DNA of 64,000 nucleotides from Octopus sinensis (lineage: Eukaryota), in NCBI RefSeq assembly GCF_006345805.1, contig NC_042998.1:63860001-63924000 (forward strand), read 5' to 3'. Made by a program: the position numbers and the translations under genes. Position 1 is the stretch's first letter. Each line of letters opens with the position of its first letter. Under the pieces are notes generated by a model. The model was not told where the DNA came from and ran no database searches. It saw only the letters and a list, made by a program, of their open reading frames with translations. Positions 25,653 through 38,240 of the stretch are shown here, piece after piece.

Positions 25653-26131
25653 GTTTTGTCTTGGTATAAAAGATGGGCTACAGCAAATATTCTGCTCAAT
25701 ACCACAGATTTGCTTGTCAGTTGTTTGGCCTTAACCAGTTGAGCATGTCCCTTAGTGGCTGACGATATGTGCATCTCTGATCACGAGCAGAAGTAGTGGG
25801 GGAGTATCATGGCCATGTGTTGAGAGGGATTCTTTGGGGTTTGAATAATTCACCTCTGGAAACATAGGTGTTCGTTCAACATCCTAAAGCAACCCTTATT
25901 CAGGGACCTTTTGAGCAGGATGGGCTACTCAACCTGAAGAAAATTCTAACTGGGCCCCACCTGCAAGGTCATGTGCTGTTTATCTTGATATGAGATCACC
26001 ATGTCGCGCACATATGGTTGTGATGCATGTGCCTGGTGTACCTTTATCAGACGGGTAGTCATGATGGGTATATTGGGCTTCGTATATTTTACCTCAGTGT
26101 CACTTTGAGGGCATGAACTGCTCTCTCACTC
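25653..26131. mobile_element. Unclassified non-coding element, copy 1 (truncated, fused to the Dong RT fragment)
   Basis: Highly similar to about 26228-26707; ends ...ctctcactc(aat)n. Confidence 0.75.
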
Positions 26132-26149
26132 AATAATAATAATAATAAT

Positions 26150-26707
26150 AAATGCCCTGATGCAGTACCAGGCAGTGGCTCTCATGGCTTCTGATCTTAA
26201 CTGATTGGAAGTGTTATCATGTACATTGTTTTGTCTTGGTATAAAAGATGGGCTACAGCAAATATTCTGCTCAATACCACAGATTTGCTTGTCCGTTGTT
26301 TGACCTTAACCAGTTGAGCATGTCCCTTAGTGGCTGACGATATGTGCATCTCTGATCACGAGCAGAAGTAGTGGGGGAGCATCATAGCCATGTGTTGAGA
26401 AGGATTCTTTGGGGTTTGAATAATTCATCTCTGGAAAGATGGGTGTTTCGTTCAACGTCCTTAAACAACCCTTATTCAGGGACCTTTTGAGCGGGATGGG
26501 TTACTCGATCTGAAGAAAGTTCTAACTGGGCTCCACCTGCAAGGTCATGTGCTGTTTATCTTGATATGAGATCACCATGTCGCGCACATATGGTTGTGAT
26601 GCATGTGCCTGGTGTACCCTTATCAGACGGGTAGTCATGATGGGTATACTGGGCTTCGTATATTTTACCCCAGTGTCACTTTGATGGCATGCTCTGCTCG
26701 CTCACTC
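26150..26707. mobile_element. Unclassified ~560-bp non-coding element, copy 2, flanked by (TAA)n on both sides
   Basis: aaatgccctgatgcagtaccaggc ... gctcgctcactc, between TAA arrays; no ORF of 60 aa or more in the track. Confidence 0.75.
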
Positions 26708-27006
26708 AATAATAATAATAATAATAATTATTATTATTATTAAAAATAATAATAATAAGGTTTGTTATAGCTAAACCTAGGAAGTAATCATATGGGCTGG
26801 ATAAGGGAAGATAAAAGTATGTTTTTCAATGCAAAAAATGTCCTGAACTTAATTTGACACACCTGATTACACAATTTCTTTCACGGTTGACTGAACATCT
26901 AAGTTTCACATCTCGGTGTAAATTGCTGCAAGCCCAATCGCTACAAAAATGGTTGACTTCTATCTTTGCAATAATTACACAGAACGAAAAGAAATCTATT
27001 CTTTAG

Positions 27007-27046
27007 AGCCTGACGAAGGTGGTCAAGCCGAAACGTCTATGTTGCT
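27007..27046 (+). ncRNA. Candidate minimal type-I hammerhead ribozyme
   Basis: Stem I AGC/GCU; core CUGACGA; A; stem II GGU/GCC; GAAA; stem III AC/GU around gucuau; cleavage triplet GUU. Confidence 0.45.
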
Positions 27047-27147
27047 GCCAACGTTTAGCTTGAAAATGTTTTAGAAATATATACTAAGATAAAACAGCAC
27101 CGAATGATTTTCTGTTTAAAGTTATTTTAAGTATATAACTTGATATA

Positions 27148-27379
27148 AGAGCGATGAGCTGGCAGCATCGTTAGCACGCCGGGCGGAATGCTTCGGGATA
27201 TTTCGTCTGCCGTTACGTGCTGAGTTCAAACTCCGCCGAGGTGTGCTTAGCCTCTCATCCTTTCGGGGTCGATTAAATATGTACCACTTACGCACTGGGG
27301 TCGATCTAATCAACATAATCCCTTTGTCTATCCGTGTTTGTTTCCTGTATGTTCAGCACCTGTGGGCAATGAAGAAATA
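27148..27379 (+). mobile_element. Family A tRNA-derived SINE, well preserved
   Basis: A-box-like gagctggcag..., B-box gagttcaaactcc, then tggggtcgatctaatc and tail gcacctgtgggcaatgaagaaat. Confidence 0.88.
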
Positions 27380-27449
27380 TATAAGTTGACAGAAATACAA
27401 ACAGATAAACAGAAACGCATATATACGTACTCATGCCTATATATATATA

Positions 27450-27510
<61 letters not shown>

Positions 27511-27761
27511 ACATCTATACGTTTAGGAGATTACGTGTATATGTACTTACATTAGACTCTGTATAATTTGTATCTAACAAAGTTCACACTTACCTTTACT
27601 AGGCATATTTAAAACTCGAGTATGAGTAACGTTACTTTACCATTTTGGTGCCGTATGAATTCGAAAGTGAAGACACACAGTTGAATCGGAAAATTCACCA
27701 CACAACTACGCCTATGTCTTCTTCCTCTATCATATATATTTATATATGTATATGTGTCTGT

Positions 27762-27802
<41 letters not shown>

Positions 27803-27819
27803 GTGTGTGTGTGTGTGTG

Positions 27820-27864
<45 letters not shown>

Positions 27865-28631
27865 ATTTATACATATATATGTATGTGTGTGTGTACGCAA
27901 GCACAAACAGAAACGCGTACATAAATACCTATATATTTATTTATACATATACACGCATACATGCATATACCGCATGCGTGTGTTTGTAAAGCAACATCGG
28001 TTTTCATAAAAGAATGCCTTTGTGGAAATTGCTCAAAAACATAGAATATATGCACTGACATTTCAGATATTGTTTTTGATAGAAAACCTATTACAAAGTC
28101 AAAAGTGAAAGTAAAGTTTCTTCAGATCAGATATATCAAAGAATGCGATCGGCATGTCTCTCGGTAGATTAACTATCTATTAGGCTTCTGATCTCTATAT
28201 TTCTATTTGTAGACGTAGACACACATTCACAGAGGTGAGGTCACACAAACACATATGAGCTTAATACATATGTAAAAGAAAAGTATACCTAGAATGAAAA
28301 TACGTACTTATGGATATCTTAAAACCTTTTAGAAATACGTCTTTCATTACTGTCTATCTGTCCTGTGTTCACACACACACATACATACACACATACACAC
28401 ACGCATACCTAACTATAAATGTATTGGTATGTTTACATACCAATCTCAATCTATATAGGATCTTATATGTATATTTATGTTTTTAAGCTATATTTATCAC
28501 CATCACACAATTATATAAATATACATAGAATTTTACATATGCACACATCACTATTAATTTTGAGTTATTTCGTTAGGGCTTCGTCTGTTCAATGACTGCA
28601 TACACATATGCATATGTATGTGTGTGTGTGC

Positions 28632-28683
<52 letters not shown>

Positions 28684-28858
28684 GCCAAAACACATATGAG
28701 TTTTCCAAACATCCGAAGGGGTGACTCTACACTCATGAAGTATCGAAGAGAGTTCTATGAAAAGCAAAGTTAGATTGTAAGCAGACTTCAAATGTTCTCC
28801 AATGATGCACAGTTTTATAAAAGGATTTTGAAAAAGTTATTTTTCCATTCTTTTTTCT

Positions 28859-28911
<53 letters not shown>

Positions 28912-29004
28912 AAATATATATATATACACATATATACATATATATACATATATATATATGTACGTATGTATATATATATATATATGTATATATATATTTT
29001 TCTC

Positions 29005-29538
29005 TACTTTCAACTGAGAGCTGTGGCCATGCTGATGCACCGCCGTCTAGCTACATTGTTATTACTAAGAGCCTCCTCTAATATGTGGTGAACAATGGAC
29101 TTTGATATAGCTACCCTCGACAGGAAGTGGTCCAGCTTTGATTTAAAAACTCGTACATCTACTTTGTGCAAGTTCCTCAGACTCTTTGGGGGAATATCAA
29201 AAAGCTGTGGGCCCTGGAAACCCAGGCTTTTGCAGTAGCTGATCCTGAAGCGTGATGGCATTGCTGGGACCTTTGGTACTAAGCAGTGTCGTCCGGTTCT
29301 AGCATTGGTGTAGCTTTCAATGCCAAAGTTTGGCACAATTCCTTCCAGGATCTTCCAGATATACATTACTGCATACCTCTCCCGTCTTCCCTCCAGGAAG
29401 TAGAGTCTTAGCTATTTCAACCTTTCCCAGTAGCTGAGCTGTTGCAAAGAGACGATCTTCTTTGTGAATCTTCTCTGGATTGTTTCAAGGTCCGCTGATA
29501 ATTTGACACTGGTGGGTGACCGTAGCTGTGAGCAGTAA
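29005..29538 (-). mobile_element. CR1-group LINE 3' fragment (about 530 bp)
   Basis: DYCSQL...ETIQRRFTKKI...YIWKILEGIVPNFGIESYTNARTGRHC...; the tail ggcggtgcatcagcatggccacagctc matches 33219-33245. Confidence 0.9.
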
Positions 29539-29559
29539 TCTCGGTAGATTAACTATCTA

Positions 29560-29642
<83 letters not shown>

Positions 29643-30178
29643 TGTGTGTGTGTGTGTATGTGTGTGTGTATACATGTATTCAGTCATTTGACGGCAGACA
29701 TGCTGAAGTACCGCCCTTCTATCTATGTTTTTAGTACTTATTCTATCTATGTTTTTTGCTGAAAGGCTAAGTTATGGTGATATAAAAACACCAACATGTA
29801 GCGTCAGGTGACAGACACACAAACATACAAACATATCCACACACGCACACACACATACACATACACACTACTATTCAAGCTGAAGAATAATCACAAAGCT
29901 GTAGCTCATATTTACACGTTTCCGATCGTCGGGAAAGTAAACCCGCCATGAATGGTTTTTAGTTGACCAAATCAACTCAACAACTTTTTGTTCAAAGACT
30001 AGTCCTCATTGTATCGGTTTCTGAAGCCTAACTGGTAAGTTACGGGGTCTTAAACACCAACACATGTTGCTAAGTGGAGGTGGGGAAAAATACAGACACA
30101 AATACACATACGCATAGCAATATACCTATACATGCATACATACATACATACATACATGAATACATATATATATATATG

Positions 30179-30263
<85 letters not shown>

Positions 30264-30388
30264 ATATATATGCATGCACCCAGACACACAAGCATATGTA
30301 TATATGTATATGAATATTCTGAATATTATATATTCTGAAATTTGATTTAGACTTACTAAATTGAATATTTCACTGTAAGTTTTAAATA

Positions 30389-33285
30389 TTACACATACCA
30401 CAGTATGTTGTACTACGGACCGACAGGAAAGAAAGGAGTCATGGAGGAGTTGCTATGTATATCCGTGGGGACCTCACACCCCAGGTCCTTTTGTCATACT
30501 CAAACTCGGTGTGTGACACACTAATTGTACACATAAGGCAACTTGATGTAGTTGTGTGTGCTACATATCGCCCTCCAGATGCCCCACGTCATATGGGCAA
30601 GTTTGAGGACTGCCTTTTAAAAATAGAAGAAGTTCTAATCACATTAGAACAACACATAAGTGTACTTCTCATGGGAGGCTTCAATCTACCCAATGTCAGA
30701 TGGCCCGAGGGCCTTTCTCTCCCAGGAATGACAAGATGTGAACGAGGACAGGCGAGGTCCCTCCTGAACCTCATCAACACCCTGTACATGGAGCAAGTAA
30801 TACTCCAACCAACCAAAGCAGGTAACACACTGGATCTCTGCTTCACAAATAATATGGATCTCATCCATAATGTGAAAGTGACACCGACACTACTCTCGGA
30901 TCACAACATGGTAGAGCTGACCATGTACGGGCCAAAAGAGAGCACGGACATGCAGCCTACAAGAAACCCTCAGAATCTTTCCAGCTTGAACTTCAATAAG
31001 GCAAACTGGAAACAAATTGAGAAAGAGATCCTCAAACAAAACTGGCCTGAATGTCTCTCCTCACCGGACATCGACATGATACTTCAACAATTCATGTCTG
31101 TAATGCAAGCCATATGCTACAAATGTGTCCCAGAGAGAAAGGCCACTGTACACAAGAACAAAATCCCCAGAGAGAGGAAAATTTTAATGAGACGGCGTAC
31201 AAAAATTTCAAATCGCCTAAACAAACAAATTGAAAGCAGTGAAAAGTCCCGCCTGAAAATAAAACTGTTGGAAATTGAAAATTGTCTGCAACTCTCCCAT
31301 GAGAAGGAAAGAGCAGACAAAGAGGCCTGGGCTATAGACAACATAAAAACTAACCCCAGAGCTTTCTACAGGTATGCCAAAGAAACAGCTACGGTGCACT
31401 GTAGGATAGGGCCACTCCTTGAAAAGGATGGCACACTCACAGGAAAACCAATGAGGGTAAGTGAAATACTGAATGAACAATTCAAGAGTGTTTTCACTCC
31501 ACCCCTTGGGCATTTCCAAATCAGCAATCCAACTGACTTCTTTACCACTGCAGATATAGAATCAGAGGCGGCGACGATAAATTACATCGATATAAAGGAA
31601 GACGATGTTAATAAAGGCTATAGATGAAATCAAAACAGACTCAGCTATTGGCCCCGATGGATTCCCGGCAATCCTCCTAAAAGTATGTAAGAGAGTCCTA
31701 GCAAGACCACTGCAGTTCCTCTTTCAGAGCTTCCTTGCAGCTGGCAAACTTCCAAGAAAACTGAAGGAAGGTAAAATATGCCCTATTCATAAAGGAGGTA
31801 GCAGAGCGGAGGCCAAGAACTACAGACCTATCTCTCTCACCTCACACATCAGCAAGGTCATGGAACGAATAGTCAGAAGGAAACTAATCACCTTCCTTGA
31901 AAAAAATGACTTGCTGCCTGACACCCAACATGCTTTCCGACCAGGAAGAAGCTGCTTAACTCAGCTCCTGCAGCACTATGACTGAGTGCTGAAACACTCA
32001 AATGTGGAAGTCATATATCTCGACTTCGCAAAGGCCTTCGATAAAGTCGATCATGGAATGATATGTCACAAACTGCGTGATCTTGGCATAGTTGGAAAAC
32101 TAGGAGAATGGCTTCATTACTTTCTGAAGAATAGAAGTCAGGTGGTAGCAGCCAATGGGGCCACTTCGATTAGCACGCAAATAGTGAGCGGTGTTCCACA
32201 GGGCACTGTTTTGGGACCACTGCTGTTCATAATGGCCCTCTCAGACATGCCCTCAGCCACGCGGAGAGCCACGATCACAAGTTATGCAGATGATACAAAA
32301 GTTTCACAGGCAATACAGAACCCTGAAGACACTAAGCACCTGCAATGTGAGCTGGACGAAATATACAAGTGGGCTGAAAAGAATAGCATGCAGTTCAATG
32401 CTGAAAAGTTTCAAGCTTTATACTATCAGCATGCAAAACTGAATGCAATACCCAATGAATACACTGGACCCGGAGGGATTGCAATCCCAGAGGCACAATC
32501 AGTGCGTGACCTGGGTATTCACAGGAGTGATGACGCGACATTTCATGTACATGTTGCTAAACTGACAATGAAATGCAGACGGCTGGCTGGCTGGATTCTT
32601 AGAACCTTTAGAACAAGAGAACAAGAAACCATGATGGTCCTCTGGAAGACACTTGTCCTAAGCCACTTTGACTATTGCTCTCAGCTATGGTCACCATCCA
32701 GTGTCAAGTTGATCACAGAACTTGAGGCGATCCAACGAAGCTACACGAAGAAGATAGCCTCTGTGCAGCATACGAGCTACTGGAGAGACTCAAGAGATTA
32801 AAGCTCTATTCCCTGGAGCGTAGGCGAGAAAGATATGCCATAATATATATCTGGAAGATCCTGGAAGGTCTTGTCCCAGACTTTGGCATCGAGAGTCACA
32901 CAAACGCCAGAACCGGACGCCACTGCGTAGTACCAAGGACTCCAAATTTGCCATCAAGATGTAGGACAAGATATTGTGATAGCCTGGGCTTCAGAGGCCC
33001 ACGGCTCTTCAATGTCCTCCCGAAGAACCTGAGGGACCTGCATGGTGTAGATGCGGATGTCTTTAAAGCAGGACTGGATCTCTTCCTGTCAGGTGTCCCG
33101 GATGAGCCAACTTCACGGCAGGAGGTGCAGATGAGGGCAGCTGCATCGAACTCTCTCATGCATCAGATGGCATTTGCTAAAAGGCATCCGTGAGGTAAAC
33201 CCGTGTAGCAAACCAAATGGCGGTGCCCCAGCATGGCCACATCTCATTAGCTGAAACTGGAAAAATCAAAATCAAAATCAAAATC
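30389..33285 (+). mobile_element. 5'-truncated CR1-group (Jockey superfamily) LINE: partial APE endonuclease, RT and 3' UTR with a (CAAAAT)n tail
   Basis: RTDRKERSHGGVAMYIR, YRPP, GGFNLP, LDLCFT and SDH (APE); GPDG, NYRPISL, YLDFAKAFDKV, GVPQGTVLGP and YADD (RT). Possible ATATT target-site duplication at 30386-30390 and 33286-33290. Confidence 0.93.
30455..33193 (+). pseudogene. Disrupted EN-RT ORF2 of the CR1 element
   Basis: Frameshift at about 31610, in-frame TGA at 31983-31985, frameshift at about 32785, terminal stop at 33191-33193. Confidence 0.9.
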
Positions 33286-33324
33286 ATATTCCCTACTACT
33301 ACTACTACTACTACTACCGCCACC

Positions 33325-33404
<80 letters not shown>

Positions 33405-33410
33405 ACGGTG

Positions 33411-33600
33411 GCGGCCTGTGGCTTAGTGGTTAGTGATCTTGAGCAAAATACATTAGTTCACGTTGTCCAATCTACTCAGCAAGCAAAAATTAGTAATCCT
33501 GCGACGGGCCAGCTTTCCATCAAGGGAGGAATATATACGCCATCGAAAATGGTAAACCGACCCTCATGAGCCTGGCATGGCTCGCGAAGGAAACATTTAC
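33411..33600 (+). mobile_element. Internally deleted tRNA-SINE with a V-domain-like centre
   Basis: Head gtggcttagtggttag, then cctgcgacgggccagctttccatcaaggg (resembles the V-SINE CCTGCGATGGACTGGC motif), tail atgagcctggcatggctcgcgaagga. Confidence 0.5.
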
Positions 33601-33618
33601 ATTTTTATTATTATACAC

Positions 33619-33777
33619 AACTGGCTTCTCTCGGTTTCAGTTTACAAAATCCACTCGGAAGTCTTTGGTCGGCCCGAGGCTATATTAGAAGATACTTGTG
33701 AAAAGTTCCACACAGTGGGACTGAACCCAGAACCATTCATTGGGAAGCAAGCTTCGTGCCACACAGCCACTCCTGTG
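33619..33777 (-). mobile_element. Family B SINE head
   Basis: Reverse complement of gcacaggagtggctgtgtggc...ttcagtcccactg...gcctcgggccgaccaaagac. Confidence 0.85.
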
Positions 33778-34816
33778 CTTTTATTCTTCCTGATGAAGCA
33801 CTAGCAAATGAAACGTCAGTATTGTTTCGTTCTTCGTTTAACAACATTTGTTATAATTTTCCCTTCCACTGTTGTCTTCCTTCTGTGGTCACTGTCAACA
33901 ATATGCATGAGTTCGTATGTCAGCTTTTGTGTCTGAGTGTGAGTGGGTGCGGGTATGTGCATCGTTACTCGTAATCAGGTATCATTTGTTTACTTATATT
34001 AGGCTTACGCTAATATTTTTTTAATGACAAATGCTAAGCTTTTGTGAGTAGATATACGTACGCGGTTGAACCTTTCAATTGTGATTCTGCAGATAGATGA
34101 AAGGTGAGAGAGATTCAGTACGTAACAGCAGATTAGTAAATTGGAACATTGTGAAATGCTCGAACACACAGTATGATTATATACTCAATGCTCTAACCAC
34201 TAAATCAAGCTCCAACTTGACACGCACTCTAATACATATCTATTTGAACACACGCACACGCAAGATCACACACTCACACACGCTCAAACACACATATACA
34301 TAAACATTTATTTTGTGAATGTGTGTGTGTGTGTTTCTTGTATGCGAAGACCATATGACTTTTCAAGTTATTCAGGTTCTAAGTTGTCTATTGGGAATCC
34401 CTTATCAATCTATTTCAGCCTTCATATTTTATTATCATAATTTTCTATCAACGTATTCTCCTCTTCATCATCGCCATTACACGTCTACATCTCCTTACTT
34501 TGTATTACGCTTTTATGTCTCTTTTTTACAACTTTCTATATTTAGTTTTGTTTTTCTACATAGTGTTGTTCGGTGTTTTTTAGAATCATCACTGACATCA
34601 CATTTTATATTCATTTTGTCATTATCGATTTTCACTATCACTTCCCTTATTATGTAGTTAGTATTAGTATTAACATATTTTGTACTCTGAAAATTGCCAG
34701 AAATGGCTGCCAATAAGGTCGACCTTCTATCCTTGGGGTGTTCTTTGATGGAACAAAAAATCATTTTGTCGGACACCGAGTTCAATAACAAAATATGTAT
34801 CGTTATACAGACTCAT

Positions 34817-34897
<81 letters not shown>

Positions 34898-35350
34898 GGA
34901 TACATACTTACTTACATACATATATATATATATATATATTATATATGTGTGTGTGTGTGTGGTAATGCATGTATGTTCTTATATGTATGGATGTTTATGT
35001 ATATATTTATAGACATACATGTGTGCGCGCAAACAGAAAAAAATCCACACATATATATATATATACGCGCACACGCATACACATGCAACTAGACACGTAC
35101 ATAAGTAAACATAAGCATAATGTTTTTTAACGAAAAATATAAAATAATATTCACTGTAAAAGCACTCGATATATGTATCGTCTAAGTTATTTGTAGACAA
35201 ATATACAAATTTATTGTCTCCTTTCAAAGGTCAAAGGTAGCGTCTGGTGAGACAGTTTTTGCTTGCGTAGCGTCTGATTAAAATTTAGTCTGTATTGTTG
35301 TCGAAATATATGTATGTGAGTGTCTATGTACGCGCGTGCGTGTTATATAT

Positions 35351-35416
<66 letters not shown>

Positions 35417-35608
35417 GCTTTTGTAATAATTTTTTTAAAACGTTCAAGAGATGTGGGCTAACTCTGTTTTATTTGGAAATTTGGAATATCTCGAAGCACA
35501 CACATAAAGCTATGAATATTAGCATGTAAATAGTGGTTTGAAAGAAAATTTTGATTTGTAAAATTCGAAGGATACTCAGTGTTTACATGCTGTTATTTAT
35601 TAATGCAG

Positions 35609-36986
35609 GAGCTAGTCGTGATGTGATTAGACTTGAAGCTCGAACATACTGGCAAGGCACAATATGTGTACAAATGGTCCTAATACTATCAAACATGATT
35701 CTTAAGTATGCTTAGACATGGATTAATTCACTATGAGATAATCAACTTGCGTAAATCACTAATTTAATTAGACTTTAAGCTCCAGTAATGAATCACATTG
35801 AATATTACTCCTTAGACAAAAATGATACTTAAATAAAAACTTAAGAAAAAAAGAACGGGTATAGCAACACAAATTACGAAGTTTTAATTAGACACTTAAT
35901 TACGAATTTATTAGAATTTCTGCCCCAGCGTGTATAACTTCGAAGAATTGTTCACTAAACCCAACTAAAACTATTCATGTCACTTAAGAACCATTTTAGG
36001 TATGGATTTCTAATTTAAGAAGCATTTTCTACTAATCACTATAAACTAAGTAAGGAGAAATATACAGAAACACTGCTTTCAAGCTACGTGATGAATGCAG
36101 CATACAAGCGTGTGTTAGACCCAAAACGTATTTTGACAGAGTTTGTCACGTTTTTGTAATGCTTTATCCAATTCTTTACTCATATTCATTCGCATTCAGA
36201 TCATTAGAGTACGAACACGCCTGATATTCGCCTTCCGCTAGTCAACACATTCAGTAAGGGGACATCAAAAACAAATTATCATGGAGGACCATTTCTCACC
36301 TGGCGATCCTGGGCTACTTTCATATTCCCCCTATCTCGTCACCTCCCAAAACTGATCCCCACGTAATCCCACCTGATTCAGCATTGAATATTGGCGGGTC
36401 CCAGTCGTAGACTGCGGATGTACCCTCAGCTAGTCAGCATCCCGTTGTAATTGATCACTTATTACACTGTGTTTTCCACGGCAGAAAGTCTAAAGACAGC
36501 GTTGAAAGCGGACTGCTACTTCCGCTGTCAGAGCAGAAATGGCGATCCATCCAAAACGCCGCATTAAAACGCTCAAGTAAAAAAAGATTCCGTACATCCG
36601 TTTATTACGACATCATCCAAAAGCTACCAGAAATATTTGCACGGATACCAAAGTGGTTGCTATTAAGATTTCACAGCTATCAAAGATGATATTCAGCCTC
36701 TAGAAATGACTCCTAGTCCAATACCAAGGAAATGCAAAATACCAACAGTGGTAAGCTTTCACTTAAGTATCACTTGTGTCTAAGGAGTAACATTCCATGG
36801 AATTCATTACTGGAGATTAAAGTCTAATTAAATTAGTTATTTACGCAAGTTCATTATCTCATAATGAATTAATCCATGCGTAAGCATACTTAAGAATCAC
36901 GTTTGATAGTATTAGGACCATTTGTACCCATATTGTGCCTTGGCAGTATTTTGGAGCTTCAAGTCTAATCAAATCAGGAATGGCTC
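35609..36986 (+). mobile_element. Unclassified foldback/TIR DNA element (1.38 kb, ~235-bp inverted repeats) with a degraded coding remnant
   Basis: 35609-35843 is the reverse complement of 36752-36986 with scattered mismatches. Internal ATG at about 36281 and a 92-codon open stretch at about 36412-36688. Confidence 0.8.
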
Positions 36987-37045
36987 TCAGTAAAAAAGCT
37001 TTATTTGTGTGTTTCTATATATTCCCTACAAAGAATATATATATA

Positions 37046-37380
<335 letters not shown>

Positions 37381-37404
37381 CATCTGATAGCCTGGTCCAT
37401 CACG

Positions 37405-37446
<42 letters not shown>

Positions 37447-38049
37447 AGTAATAACAATAATCCTAGGATGGAATTTAGAAATATTTAATGCATCGCTGCG
37501 AACGTTCACAGTCTGTATTCTTGGATTGCTTACAGTGTAGACCGTAGTATCCGTGAGAATCCCGTTAACCATCTCCAATGTTTCATTTCTTCAGGCGATA
37601 TAACATCAGCATATGTTTAATAGTGAGTTGTTTATTCCTTTTGACCAATGTGGTGATTGGTTCAATTATGTGGGTATTTCTCTTGTGGGTAGTAAAGAAA
37701 TCGGTATTTCTCTGTGTATTTGATAGGGAGAAGAGGAAGGTGATGGAAACAGAGGAAAGAATGGTAGTTATATGGGAATGGAGGTGTGTATGGTGATATT
37801 TGACTTATTTTGCTATTCAGTCTGCAGATAGCAAGGACGAGTGGTACATTCCTTTGTTTTATCTCATTTAAGGCATGACTATCTTCAATGAATTCCGAAG
37901 TAAAGAGATCCTACCGTACTGCAACTACCATCATCAGCTGTTGAGGTTAATTACTAAATTAGTAAATGATTGTTTTAATTGTTTCTGGTGGTACGGTGGT
38001 TAGTTTGTGTTCATTCCTTCTTCTGTAATATGCTAAGGACTGTTGGTGT

Positions 38050-38240
38050 ATTTCTATTTGAAAATGTGTTTTTCAAATTCCACAAACGATGTTTTGCTTT
38101 TATGTTTGCGTATTATGATCACCTCGAAATGTCTATTTATCACGTTTTCCCTTGATGTGATGATTTCCAGAGTTTCTTCTAGGCATAATTTGCAAACCCC
38201 TGACGTTCCATTGTATGGTGCAGCTTTTCTAAAATAACAC
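38050..38240 (-). pseudogene. Penelope-like element GIY-YIG endonuclease C-terminal remnant
   Basis: RKAAPYNGTSGVCKLCLEETLEIITSRENVINRHFEVIIIRKHK matches the PLE endonuclease C-terminal pattern KAKPY...C.LCL.EK..I.....LN.R.E. Confidence 0.75.

Noticed and set aside
26150-26225. Resemblance of the element end to U2 snRNA or 5S rRNA
   Set aside because: Only 11-16-nt partial matches, not collinear over a meaningful length.
33786-33825. Hammerhead-like CTGATGA...GAAACGTC
   Set aside because: The core is present but stems I and II do not pair adequately; at best a dead remnant.
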